Shown: positions 28,144 to 36,110, counted from the stretch's first letter. The stretch is 64,000 nucleotides of DNA from Opitutaceae bacterium (GCA_041649735.1 JBAZMN010000001.1:509-64508), one strand, 5' to 3'. A program made the numbers and translations. Notes: generated from the sequence alone by a model not told the origin.

Positions 28144-28497
28144 TTATCGCCCAGGTTCCTTGGCGGCCAAGCGCGTCAATGTCGCGTTCATCTCATCCTG
28201 CTTGCGGCTGACCGACTGCATCCACGAATCCATCTTGTCGAGCTGCCGCTCCAGCGACTTCCGAAATTCGCCTTCACGGGCCTGCTGGACTTCGCACGCT
28301 CGCAATGCTTGGTCGGCCGTGGCCTGAGCGTTGCGGGCGTCGTTTATTGCCCAGCCGATGGCCCCGCCGCCAAAGCAAAATATGAACAGTGCGAGAAATC
28401 CGAACTTCTGATTCACGCTACCGATACGGTCACCAATAGCCTTGTGCTTTTCCTTGCAGGCGTCAGCATCAAACTCGTTTTCTTCATGTGGTGCCAC
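28144..28497 (-). CDS. Membrane-anchored coiled-coil protein (i-spanin-like or holin-like)
   Basis: TM segment FGFLALFIFCFGGGAIGWAI followed by a coiled coil. GTG at 28497 has an AAGGAAG SD; the ATG at 28557 would overlap the upstream gene by 47 nt. Confidence 0.55.
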   Translation of the reverse strand: MAPHEENEFDADACKEKHKAIGDRIGSVNQKFGFLALFIFCFGGGAIGWAINDARNAQATADQALRACEVQQAREGEFRKSLERQLDKMDSWMQSVSRKQDEMNATLTRLAAKEPGR

Positions 28498-28510
28498 GTT
28501 GCGGCTTCCT

Positions 28511-28906
28511 TTAGTGATTGCCGAGATACGGCGGGTTACTACTGCCCGAACCGCCAAAGTAGACGGGCTGGTCGGTGATTGTCCTCAACAGAATCGATAC
28601 CAAGTTGCTTACGGTCATTCCTCCGCCCGCCCCCATCATCATCCCACTTTCACTGCCGCCGCTGAATTTTCCCCAGACGATCATGCCGACGCCCACGGCC
28701 GCTAATATGCCGGCCACCTGGATTGTCTTGCTCTTCCACCACACCTTTCCGGCCTTGCCTTCCTTGACGGCCGCCGCGAACCCGTCCGCCCATTGGTCCC
28801 GATCGTCCGTGTCCTCTGCTTGGTCTTCGGAGTATTTGCACGGCTGCCGTGTCTGAGCGGCAAGCCAGCCTTCCCAATACGCTGCGGTTTTTCGTTTGGC
28901 CATCAT
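28511..28906 (-). CDS. Membrane protein; weak RMF-like N-terminal pattern
   Basis: YWEGWLAA...PCKY...WADGF resembles ribosome-modulation-factor-like domains, but weakly. A TM segment and a Gly/Met-rich tail follow. Confidence 0.45.
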   Translation of the reverse strand: MMAKRKTAAYWEGWLAAQTRQPCKYSEDQAEDTDDRDQWADGFAAAVKEGKAGKVWWKSKTIQVAGILAAVGVGMIVWGKFSGGSESGMMMGAGGGMTVSNLVSILLRTITDQPVYFGGSGSSNPPYLGNH

Positions 28907-28969
28907 GGTTGTTTTGAGAATGCCCGGCCGGCGGTCTGATTCCACCGGCCGGGCCGTCAAGAGGATCGC

Positions 28970-29311
28970 TCATCGCCTACAGGCCACGCGATGGCAAACC
29001 AGCCGCACCCCCTGCGCAGCGTGCAAGAGCGGCGTTCGTTCGCGCTCGCGGAGTCTGGTAGCGATGGCCTTCAGTCCTTTAGCGGGTAGTGTCGCCGCCT
29101 TGACGGTTAAGCTGGCCACGGTGCCAACGGACCTCCCGGCCGTGGCGATTATCGGCCGTTCCGGTACGGCCAAAACGGTTACGGAAGTTGTCGTCTCGAT
29201 AGTCTTGGTCACGCACTTTTCGCCGTCGCACGGACAGCCGGCCATTGCGGGCGATACAAACAGCATCGCCACGGCGGCCAGCGAAAACAGAAGCAACACA
29301 AACGGTCTCAT
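28970..29311 (-). CDS. Secreted protein or lipoprotein (o-spanin-like candidate)
   Basis: Signal peptide MRPFVLLLFSLAAVAMLFVSPAMAGC with a lipobox-like AMAGC. Confidence 0.55.
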   Translation of the reverse strand: MRPFVLLLFSLAAVAMLFVSPAMAGCPCDGEKCVTKTIETTTSVTVLAVPERPIIATAGRSVGTVASLTVKAATLPAKGLKAIATRLRERERTPLLHAAQGVRLVCHRVACRR

Positions 29312-29343
29312 CGTTCGTTCCTCCAGGGGTTAAAGAAAACTCT

Positions 29344-30759
29344 TTAGCGGCGTCGTTGTCGAGGGTGAAAATATCCGTCGTTCGTTTGCGGCATTGGTTC
29401 CCAATCGTTTGGTTCGCGGCAATCGACGGCCGACGGTTCGGGCTGTTGGATGTCCCGCGTGATGATGCACGCATACCACACGCCGCGTCGGCTCCTGGCC
29501 ATGCCGCTGCCGTACTCGCTGTGCTTGCGGCTGGCGACCGACCAATGGCCGGGCGACTGACGCCAGCAATCAAACATTTCCGCCCACAATTCCGCCGGCG
29601 GATCCTCGGCCTGTCGCGGCCAGCTTTCCGCACAGATTTCGCGGTAGTCGCCCGGGCCGATGCTGTTGAGCATCTGCTGCCGCCGCTGGTCGAAATTTTG
29701 ATGGCCCTGCTTGTCGGCTTCCGCCTGATAGTTCGCGTGAGACTGGGCAAAAGAACATAGCGAAGCGTTCACCTTCGACTTCAGCACGTCGGCCGATTGG
29801 CCGTCTTTGCTTGCGTAACTGAAACCTTCGGGCACCTGGCCGCCGACTTGCGGCTTCTCCGGCTCGGCTCGTTTCGTGCTGAACGCATAGGCGTGAATTT
29901 CCGTCGTACTGACATAAACCGCCTTCGTCCACCGGCTACGGTCGCCGTTCTGGCAGGTGAACACGGCCATTCGCGGGATCGACCCCGGGCCGGTCAACTG
30001 ATTGGCAAACGCCTGTTCGCGGTCCAAATTGACACATGCGACATGGCCCTTCCGCCGCAACTGCGGCAACCACTCATGGACCTGCTTGCACGGCGTACAC
30101 CAGTCGGCCGTAACGATCACCAGCAACGGCCGGCCGTCCCGCTTGGCCGCATCGCTGGCCAATGAGTATCGTTCGGTCGGTAAAAAGTCCCTGTCGATCG
30201 ACTCGGGCTGCGTCATGCTCGACTTTGGCAGACCATCGTCTTTCGGCTGCTTGACCGTCTCGGCCGGCTTCGGCTTCTCCGGTTGCGGTTTCGCTTTTGG
30301 CGGTTCTGCCTTTGGCGGTTCGGACAGCTTCTCGACCCGCTGCTTTAATGCGTCGATGGCCGATTGGCTTGCGGCAAACGCCTGATGCAATTTTGCCCCA
30401 GACTGTTCAAGTCGAATCATCCGCTGGCCCAATTCCTCGATGCCGTCGATCTTCGCTACGGCTCCGTCGATGCGGCCAACGAGCGAATCAATCTTCGTCG
30501 AAAGTTTTCCGACGTCGGCCGATGTCGCTGCCACTCGCTTATCCACGTCGCTGATGGCCAGCGTCATGCACTTATCCAAGTCGGCGACGTGCCTCTGGAC
30601 GGCCTCCACGGGATCGGGTTTCGCGGCCGGCGTCGGCTGCGGTTCGGGCGCCTGCGACTCTACCTGTGCATTCCAGATTGCGGGGTTCAGCCGCAATTCA
30701 CTGTCCGGCTGGTTGCATCCGACCAAGAACATCGAAAATATAATTACTACATTTCGCAT
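29344..30759 (-). CDS. Lipoprotein with coiled coil, thioredoxin-fold (WCTPC) domain and CAP/SCP-like C-terminal domain
   Basis: MRNVVIIFSMFLVGC lipobox. LLVIVTADWCTPCKQV thioredoxin motif. C-terminal ..FDCWRQSPGHWSVA..YGSGMA..GVWYACIIT resembles CAP/YkwD. Confidence 0.65.
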   Translation of the reverse strand: MRNVVIIFSMFLVGCNQPDSELRLNPAIWNAQVESQAPEPQPTPAAKPDPVEAVQRHVADLDKCMTLAISDVDKRVAATSADVGKLSTKIDSLVGRIDGAVAKIDGIEELGQRMIRLEQSGAKLHQAFAASQSAIDALKQRVEKLSEPPKAEPPKAKPQPEKPKPAETVKQPKDDGLPKSSMTQPESIDRDFLPTERYSLASDAAKRDGRPLLVIVTADWCTPCKQVHEWLPQLRRKGHVACVNLDREQAFANQLTGPGSIPRMAVFTCQNGDRSRWTKAVYVSTTEIHAYAFSTKRAEPEKPQVGGQVPEGFSYASKDGQSADVLKSKVNASLCSFAQSHANYQAEADKQGHQNFDQRRQQMLNSIGPGDYREICAESWPRQAEDPPAELWAEMFDCWRQSPGHWSVASRKHSEYGSGMARSRRGVWYACIITRDIQQPEPSAVDCREPNDWEPMPQTNDGYFHPRQRRR

Positions 30760-30774
30760 TACTTCGCTCACCTC

Positions 30775-31548
30775 CTAAACAACGTTCAGGTTGTAGGTAG
30801 TTGCCCGAATCACGTACAGTTCGCTCGGAATCGCCTTGCTACCGAACAGCGTCCAATCATTTCCCGGCCCGTGAGTGTTCGGCGTATGCACTCCAATGCG
30901 ATTGCCGTCAAGTACCAGTCCATCGAGCCATACGGCGTGTCTTGCCCAGTTGTAGGCCGCATAGCAGCCGTGACCATCGACCAATGCCGTAATCGTTTCC
31001 GCCCAAATATCCCGTGCTCCGCCATCGAAGCCCTCCAGGGGCATGTATTGCAGAGCGTCTTGTTCGTATCCAGGCTTCCAGCGGTTTCGGTTGTACTCAT
31101 GTTGCGGGACGTATTCACTTGATGCAATTCCGTACTTCAGCATCCACGTCAGGGCTTTGTCGAGATAGTAACCTTGAATTCTCCCGCCTGTTACACCGAT
31201 CAATGATTCGCCCTGAAGTTGTACAAACGGAAGGCCGGCGTTGAATCTCGCCCCCATTACCGCCTGTGCTGCGGATTTTGCCCAACACGTCGGAAAACCG
31301 TTTTGATAGTCGGATCGAGACTGTAGCCCAAGCCGCTGACCGATGAAACCTCCCCTCGCCAGCGTATCGCGCACGACGTCAGGCCATCGCGACTCAGGAA
31401 GCAACTCGATTCGCTCCGCAAAAACCGGCACACCCTCAAGTCCGCCGATTTCGCTTTCTCGCGGTAGTGCTCCCGGAAAAAAGCCACCGACGGCTTCGGC
31501 TGATTCGATCACCTGCTGCCAATTGGAGTCGTCAATGATGGTGCTCAC
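30775..31548 (-). CDS. Papain-like (C1-type) cysteine peptidase; possible lytic enzyme
   Basis: QNGFPTCW (Gln six residues before Cys-Trp), WARHAVWLDG (His) and GPGNDW (Asn-x-Trp) match the papain triad arrangement. GTG at 31548 has a GGAGG SD and a GTGA overlap. Confidence 0.55.
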   Translation of the reverse strand: MSTIIDDSNWQQVIESAEAVGGFFPGALPRESEIGGLEGVPVFAERIELLPESRWPDVVRDTLARGGFIGQRLGLQSRSDYQNGFPTCWAKSAAQAVMGARFNAGLPFVQLQGESLIGVTGGRIQGYYLDKALTWMLKYGIASSEYVPQHEYNRNRWKPGYEQDALQYMPLEGFDGGARDIWAETITALVDGHGCYAAYNWARHAVWLDGLVLDGNRIGVHTPNTHGPGNDWTLFGSKAIPSELYVIRATTYNLNVV

Positions 31549-31940
31549 TTTATGGCCTCCACGAGCTTCTCTTCGCTGTTTGGACATGGTTGCGAAGAGT
31601 ACGAATCTTCGCCCCGACAGGTAATAAGTTGCGGATGCACACGATCAACACACGCTTTCAGAAACGGAACCAAAATATCCGGCGTGGTCTTTCCGCCCGG
31701 TCCTCTTACGTCAAAATCGAGCGTTTTGATTTTGTGTTTGGGAGCGATGGTATCAATCACCGCCTTGACGTTGTCTGGTAAGCTGCGTTTTGTCTTCGTC
31801 TCGTAGAAGATCACGGCAGCCGTAACTGGTTTTCGGACTTGCGGTATTGGAAGGCCGGCGAACTGCCCATAGCGGCCAGCAAGCCCGACTACCAGCAACG
31901 CCACGGCCACAACGGGAATCGCGTATCGGATCGCTTTCAT
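31545..31940 (-). CDS. N-terminally anchored hypothetical protein
   Basis: TM/signal segment AIPVVAVALLVVGLAG. No other motif recognised. Confidence 0.55.
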   Translation of the reverse strand: MKAIRYAIPVVAVALLVVGLAGRYGQFAGLPIPQVRKPVTAAVIFYETKTKRSLPDNVKAVIDTIAPKHKIKTLDFDVRGPGGKTTPDILVPFLKACVDRVHPQLITCRGEDSYSSQPCPNSEEKLVEAIK

Positions 31941-31943
31941 GGC

Positions 31944-32123
31944 CTACTTCGCCTCCGTGTCGAACCCGAACGTCACCTTGACCGACAGGCCGCCGGTATC
32001 ATCGAGCCTCGCCGACAGCATTTTGCCCAGCGATTCAGCCGCGTTCACCCGTTCTTTGGCGGCCGGCACCAGAAGTTCGGTCACTTCCTTCGCCGACAGC
32101 TCCACGCTCATTGTCGTTTTCAT
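31944..32123 (-). CDS. Small hypothetical protein (59 aa, below the ORF-track cutoff)
   Basis: Hand translation gives MKTTMSVELSAKEVTELLVPAAKERVNAAESLGKMLSARLDDTGGLSVKVTFGFDTEAK. It fills the gap between neighbouring genes. Confidence 0.45.
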   Translation of the reverse strand: MKTTMSVELSAKEVTELLVPAAKERVNAAESLGKMLSARLDDTGGLSVKVTFGFDTEAK

Positions 32124-32139
32124 GGTCGAGTGCCTCTTG

Positions 32140-32601
32140 CTATGTGGCCTTTCCGGTCACAGGATCGAATGTGAGAGATTCGGCGTGTTCGTCGGCGGCC
32201 GGCGGAACGGCGGGAATGAGTCCAGGCGACTCTTGTCCGACGGGCTGCGGCGTGTTTACCGACGTGATTACGATCGGCGGCGTGACGCCTGGCAGGGTGA
32301 CTGCGGTGGCAGGGGCTGGGGTCGCTACTGACGGCGCCTTGCCTTTCACGGCCACCGTCCAGAGATAATTCCACGCCTCGATGGCCTTCGGGTCGGCCTC
32401 AATTGGGTCGTATTCGCGGAGTGCGTAGAGGGCCGCCTTGACGGTCCACTGCTGCGTCACGTCAACCACCGTACCGACCGTCTTGCCGGCCTGGTTGTCG
32501 GTCGCCGCCGGCCATACCCAGCGAATCAACGCCCAGAGGCCCCAAAGGGCAACGAGCAACAGTCCCGCAACAATCAACCAGTCGAATAGTCCGAAAATCA
32601 T
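32140..32601 (-). CDS. Membrane-anchored protein with Pro-rich C-terminus
   Basis: TM segment LFDWLIVAGLLLVALWGLWALI, followed by a Pro/Thr/Val-rich tail. Confidence 0.55.
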   Translation of the reverse strand: MIFGLFDWLIVAGLLLVALWGLWALIRWVWPAATDNQAGKTVGTVVDVTQQWTVKAALYALREYDPIEADPKAIEAWNYLWTVAVKGKAPSVATPAPATAVTLPGVTPPIVITSVNTPQPVGQESPGLIPAVPPAADEHAESLTFDPVTGKAT

Positions 32602-32605
32602 CGCG

Positions 32606-32857
32606 TTACCCTTTCGCCTTCACGGGGTCGGCCCCGTAGGTAAACTCATGTTCGATCGTCCCATTTCGCAAATGGATCACTACTTGGCCGATGTGCCGCC
32701 GCGACCTCGCCTTGGAACATGCCGTCTTGACGGCCGTGGTCTTTAACTTGCTTCTCCGCACAACGCGGTGAGCGTAGTTCTTTCCAGTGATCTCCAACAC
32801 TTGCCAGCGGCGGAGCACAGCCGACCATGTTACGTGAAACACTTTTCTGGTCGCCAT
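32606..32857 (-). CDS. DUF2188-like small protein
   Basis: FHVTW....W.V... and VVIHLRNGTIEHEFTYGADPVKAKG match the DUF2188 pattern (..i.h..dG.I.e...yg.DP.p.kG). Confidence 0.55.
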   Translation of the reverse strand: MATRKVFHVTWSAVLRRWQVLEITGKNYAHRVVRRSKLKTTAVKTACSKARSRRHIGQVVIHLRNGTIEHEFTYGADPVKAKG

Positions 32858-32860
32858 AGT

Positions 32861-33376
32861 TCACCCCGCCGCCGCTGGTGTGCTACTACCGCCTTGCACC
32901 ATTACACCGTGCCGGTTCCTCGCCTCCGTGACGGCCTGGTCGAGGATCGCCGTTACGCTTCGCACGCCCTCGATGCCGGCCAGCGTCCAAGTCGGATCGC
33001 TTCTGTCGTTCGATTGCACGATGATCGACCCGATGCCGAATGCTCGATCAAGGCCCGACTGCTTGCATCGCACGTCCTCGACCATCAGCAGCTCTACGCG
33101 GTCGATGGTCGCCGTCAACAGCCCCGCTTCGCACACCAGCCGCCGCGTGGTCAACGTGTAACGAATTGTGGCGTGACGATAGATCGCGACGGCAACGCAC
33201 CAAAGGCCCGGCAACGCGGACAACAGCGATACCGCCAAGATCACTCGCCAATTTCCCGTCGCCATCGACGCAAACGAGCACGCCGCGAAGATGATCGCAG
33301 AAATGACCCACGCCCCGGCCATCGCCTTCGTGCTGTACGTGCCCGACCAGAGTTGTTTTTCCGCTTCATCGACCAT
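32861..33376 (-). CDS. Bacterial PH-domain (bPH_2 / YdbS-YdbT-like) membrane protein
   Basis: Two TM helices, then YTLTTRRLVCEAGLLTATIDRVELLMVEDVRCKQSGLDRAFGIGSIIV. Confidence 0.65.
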   Translation of the reverse strand: MVDEAEKQLWSGTYSTKAMAGAWVISAIIFAACSFASMATGNWRVILAVSLLSALPGLWCVAVAIYRHATIRYTLTTRRLVCEAGLLTATIDRVELLMVEDVRCKQSGLDRAFGIGSIIVQSNDRSDPTWTLAGIEGVRSVTAILDQAVTEARNRHGVMVQGGSSTPAAAG

Positions 33377-33379
33377 CAA

Positions 33380-33610
33380 TCATCCTGCCAGAAATCGAAC
33401 CACAAACCGCAAACCGATCATCGCCAAACCGAAAAAGCCCGCCATCGTGCAAATTGTCGCTCCCAGCCAAAACAGCAGCAGCATTGGCGGCCCGCCGATG
33501 CCCGGCCAACCGCTGTAGATCGACACCATCGTGGCACAAACACACCACACGATACTGCCGCAAAGCAGCATCATCATCCAAAGCCACCACAGTTCGACCA
33601 CCGCGTACAT
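33380..33610 (-). CDS. Small multi-TM protein (holin-like candidate)
   Basis: 76 aa and almost entirely hydrophobic. GGAGG SD. Confidence 0.55.
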   Translation of the reverse strand: MYAVVELWWLWMMMLLCGSIVWCVCATMVSIYSGWPGIGGPPMLLLFWLGATICTMAGFFGLAMIGLRFVVRFLAG

Positions 33611-33616
33611 TGTCGA

Positions 33617-33796
33617 TCAGCCTCCGCCAAGCAGGAGTTTGATAAGCCGGAGCGGCCAGAGTACGGCTCCGATGATCGGCCGCTGGGCCTCGTGGTTAAT
33701 CAGGTAGATCAGCATGATGATGGCCGGAACAACGTAGGCCGCCACGCCGCCGATCGCAAACAGGTACGCATTGCCGCGTCGGATAATCTCACGCAT
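33617..33796 (-). CDS. Small TM protein (59 aa, below the track cutoff)
   Basis: Hand translation gives MREIIRRGNAYLFAIGGVAAYVVPAIIMLIYLINHEAQRPIIGAVLWPLRLIKLLLGGG. Confidence 0.5.
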   Translation of the reverse strand: MREIIRRGNAYLFAIGGVAAYVVPAIIMLIYLINHEAQRPIIGAVLWPLRLIKLLLGGG

Positions 33797-33809
33797 GGAT
33801 CACCTTCTT

Positions 33810-33950
33810 TCAACCGAACAAGATGTGACACACAAAACAAAACACGGCACCCGCGATGATGCAACGCAACACGACCGACGGCAACTTAAGGAACGTCAGA
33901 ACCAGCAGGCCGATTAGGAAAAACTCAAATAACTTCCAGAGGATCAACAT
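33810..33950 (-). CDS. Small TM protein (46 aa)
   Basis: MLILWKLFEFFLIGLLVLTFLKLPSVVLRCIIAGAVFCFVCHILFG. This is the internal ATG of track ORF 33810-34148. Confidence 0.5.
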   Translation of the reverse strand: MLILWKLFEFFLIGLLVLTFLKLPSVVLRCIIAGAVFCFVCHILFG

Positions 33951-33955
33951 GGCCG

Positions 33956-34054
33956 TCAGTTCGATAAATCGAAAAACCACTGAATGAATTTGTTTATCAG
34001 GATCATCGCCACAACCACACCCAACATCGCCAACATGCCGCCGACGAATCCCAT
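33956..34054 (-). CDS. Mini TM peptide (32 aa)
   Basis: Hand translation gives MGFVGGMLAMLGVVVAMILINKFIQWFFDLSN. Starts 3 nt after the upstream stop. Confidence 0.4.
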   Translation of the reverse strand: MGFVGGMLAMLGVVVAMILINKFIQWFFDLSN

Positions 34055-34057
34055 AGA

Positions 34058-34999
34058 TCACCGTTTTTTCTCCGACCACAAGCCCCGCTTTTCCTGCTGT
34101 GCCTTGAACTGCTCGACGGTCCAGGCGTTCGGTGCCCCTTCGCGGCACGTCGCCAGCCCGGCCCGTACTTGCTCTAAGTTGAGACTGGCACCCGACTGGC
34201 CGAACACTTCGCCGATGATCGGACCACGGGCCGCTTCATACACAATCAACGTCCCGCTGCCTCGGCAGTACGGACAGGTTTCTTCGGCGGGCACGAAGTC
34301 CTTTAACTCACTGCTTAATCGCTGCCATCGTGACCGAAACTCTGGACAGAACGCTGCTAGCCTTGCGTTGTCGTGCAGCGCCTTGCGGCACTGTTCACAT
34401 TTTGGCAAATGCCCGTCACAGTATACGGACATCGACGCGTAAATCATGTCCTGCCGCGTCGCGGTGTGCTTGCCAGTCCCTTTACAAAGACTGCAAGCCG
34501 CTTCCTTGCCATCATCCAAAACGGAGCCGCCGTTTTCACCTACCGGGGTTTCCGGTTCCTCTGCCGCCGACGGCTCGGCTACGGGGAGGCTCGACTGGCC
34601 GCTGGAGTCGCTCCGAAAGATACCGTGCTTTTCGCACGTGACGGTAACGCTACTTCCTGCTACCTGTTCAAGGTGCTTGCGTGCCTCGTCGGCCCATTTG
34701 CCAGCGGGCGGTTGGTCGATGCCGGCCAATTGCACAACCGCCGTTCGCCGGCGGCCGGTCTTCACGGTCATGCTGTTGCCGCTCTCGACCGACACGACCT
34801 CATATGGCCCGACCGTGACATATCGCGGTGGCCTGGGCGGACGTGGCGGCCGTGGCCCGCGGCATGACCAGTTGCGGGCGATAATCGCCAAGCAAATCAG
34901 GCAGACCACCGCGACGGCCGCCAGCACGTAAAGCGATATGAAGCCCTGCTTGCGTGTGTGCCGTGACCTTACCATGCTTTTGATTCCGAAAATATCCAC
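34058..34999 (-). CDS. Membrane-anchored staphylococcal-nuclease (SNase/OB)-like protein with an inserted DnaJ-type zinc finger
   Basis: N-terminal TM helix and an RPPRPPRPPR linker. SNase-like halves: VVSVESGNSMTV..VQLAGIDQPP and ARGPIIGEVFG..LNLEQVRAGLA..KRGLWS. These are split by an acidic linker carrying CSLCKGTGKH and CPYCRGSGT. Confidence 0.55.
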   Translation of the reverse strand: MDIFGIKSMVRSRHTRKQGFISLYVLAAVAVVCLICLAIIARNWSCRGPRPPRPPRPPRYVTVGPYEVVSVESGNSMTVKTGRRRTAVVQLAGIDQPPAGKWADEARKHLEQVAGSSVTVTCEKHGIFRSDSSGQSSLPVAEPSAAEEPETPVGENGGSVLDDGKEAACSLCKGTGKHTATRQDMIYASMSVYCDGHLPKCEQCRKALHDNARLAAFCPEFRSRWQRLSSELKDFVPAEETCPYCRGSGTLIVYEAARGPIIGEVFGQSGASLNLEQVRAGLATCREGAPNAWTVEQFKAQQEKRGLWSEKKR

Positions 35000-35002
35000 C
35001 GT

Positions 35003-35383
35003 TCAGCTCCACGATCCTGCTTGCAGTGCCGGCAATGCGTTGCTGTAGTTTTTCAGTCCCACGGTACGATAGATGTTGCGACCCTTAATGTCCGGCGTCT
35101 CCGTGTAGTCAACCACACGCTTTAGATTCGTCGGTTGCGCCGGCATTTCGTCCATGCGGCCCAACCACATAATGCTGTCGATGGGAATCTCCCGATCGAC
35201 AACCACCAACGCATCCAAGTCCACAACGCGACCTCTCGCGTCCGCGACGTTGTGCATCAGGCGATTCCAGCGAACAAACAACTCGACCGGCTCCAGTACG
35301 GTTGGATTGCCGTAATCGTCCGTTCCGGCGGATTCCCACAATACGGCTGATTGATGTCGAAATTGACGCTCTAAGCTGGCCAT
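35003..35383 (-). CDS. Head-closure / head-tail adaptor protein (candidate)
   Basis: Position after the gp6-like connector. 126 aa. TAATG coupling. Confidence 0.5.
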   Translation of the reverse strand: MASLERQFRHQSAVLWESAGTDDYGNPTVLEPVELFVRWNRLMHNVADARGRVVDLDALVVVDREIPIDSIMWLGRMDEMPAQPTNLKRVVDYTETPDIKGRNIYRTVGLKNYSNALPALQAGSWS

Positions 35384-35799
35384 TACGCCCGATCCTCATA
35401 ATCAATCTGTTGACTCGGAACCTTCCCCAACCACGCCGCCCCGGCCTTCGGTCGCATCGGCATGTCGATCCTCGCCAGATACCCCGTCACGTCCATTCGC
35501 TTGGCGGTTTGGCCATAGAGTGTGCCGTCATAGCCCATATCCGTCCGACCTTGAAACTGCCCGCTCGCCCCGCCCGTTGATTTGCTCTGCAATAGCTGGT
35601 CGGCGTGTGCGTAGAAGTGAGCAGCCAAGTACCGTTCGATCATTTCCAAATCCGCCGCCGTCAATTCACTGCCGGAATCGTTCGCGGCGATCTTATCGAC
35701 CACTAGCGTTGCCGTGTCGATAAAAGGCGTCAGGCTGGACTCGCCATCGTAGTGGTCCAGCAGGATGCCTTGAACGGCGGTGGTGTCTGTTCGCGGCAA
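35383..35799 (-). CDS. Head-tail connector (gp6 / DUF4054-like) protein
   Basis: ..LEMIERYLAAHFYAHADQ.. is the pattern typical of head-tail connector proteins. TTG start with a GGGAG SD. Confidence 0.55.
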   Translation of the reverse strand: MPRTDTTAVQGILLDHYDGESSLTPFIDTATLVVDKIAANDSGSELTAADLEMIERYLAAHFYAHADQLLQSKSTGGASGQFQGRTDMGYDGTLYGQTAKRMDVTGYLARIDMPMRPKAGAAWLGKVPSQQIDYEDRA

Positions 35800-35802
35800 C
35801 GG

Positions 35803-36012
35803 CTACGCTCCCTTGCGTTGTGCCGGTTCGGCGGTTTGCCTCGGCCGATCTTCCTTGCTGGCAGGAGTGGGCGCGTTCACTCGCTCGAACTTGCACGCAC
35901 CCTTAGAGGAGTTGAACTTGAGCAGGTCGAGGCTCGATTCCACCACGTCGCCGCGGCTGTAGGTGCGGCCACCGTGGTTATAGCTGCCTCGCAGAAGTTT
36001 GTAGGACGCCAT
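35803..36012 (-). CDS. Small hypothetical protein downstream of the capsid gene
   Basis: 69-aa ORF with an ATG start. Confidence 0.45.
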   Translation of the reverse strand: MASYKLLRGSYNHGGRTYSRGDVVESSLDLLKFNSSKGACKFERVNAPTPASKEDRPRQTAEPAQRKGA

Positions 36013-36060
36013 GATTTCGCTCCGCGTACATTGTTGATTGGCCCCATTATTCAGGCCCGG

Positions 36061-36093
36061 CTCCCCTGCCTAGTGGGGCTGTAGGCAGGGGAG
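36061..36093 (-). terminator. 12-bp perfect GC-rich stem-loop just 3-prime of the capsid gene
   Basis: CTCCCCTGCCTA-N9-TAGGCAGGGGAG. No clear U-tract, so it may act as an mRNA stabiliser or a partial terminator. Confidence 0.5.
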
Positions 36094-36110
36094 CGATGCA
36101 CGGGCTTTTC

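Noticed and set aside
28511-28960. Ribosome-modulation-factor homology of the N-terminus and the TTG start at 28960
   Set aside because: The RMF-like resemblance rests on a few Trp/Cys/Tyr positions only. It is kept as a low-confidence note in the feature list. The ATG at 28906 is preferred over the TTG.
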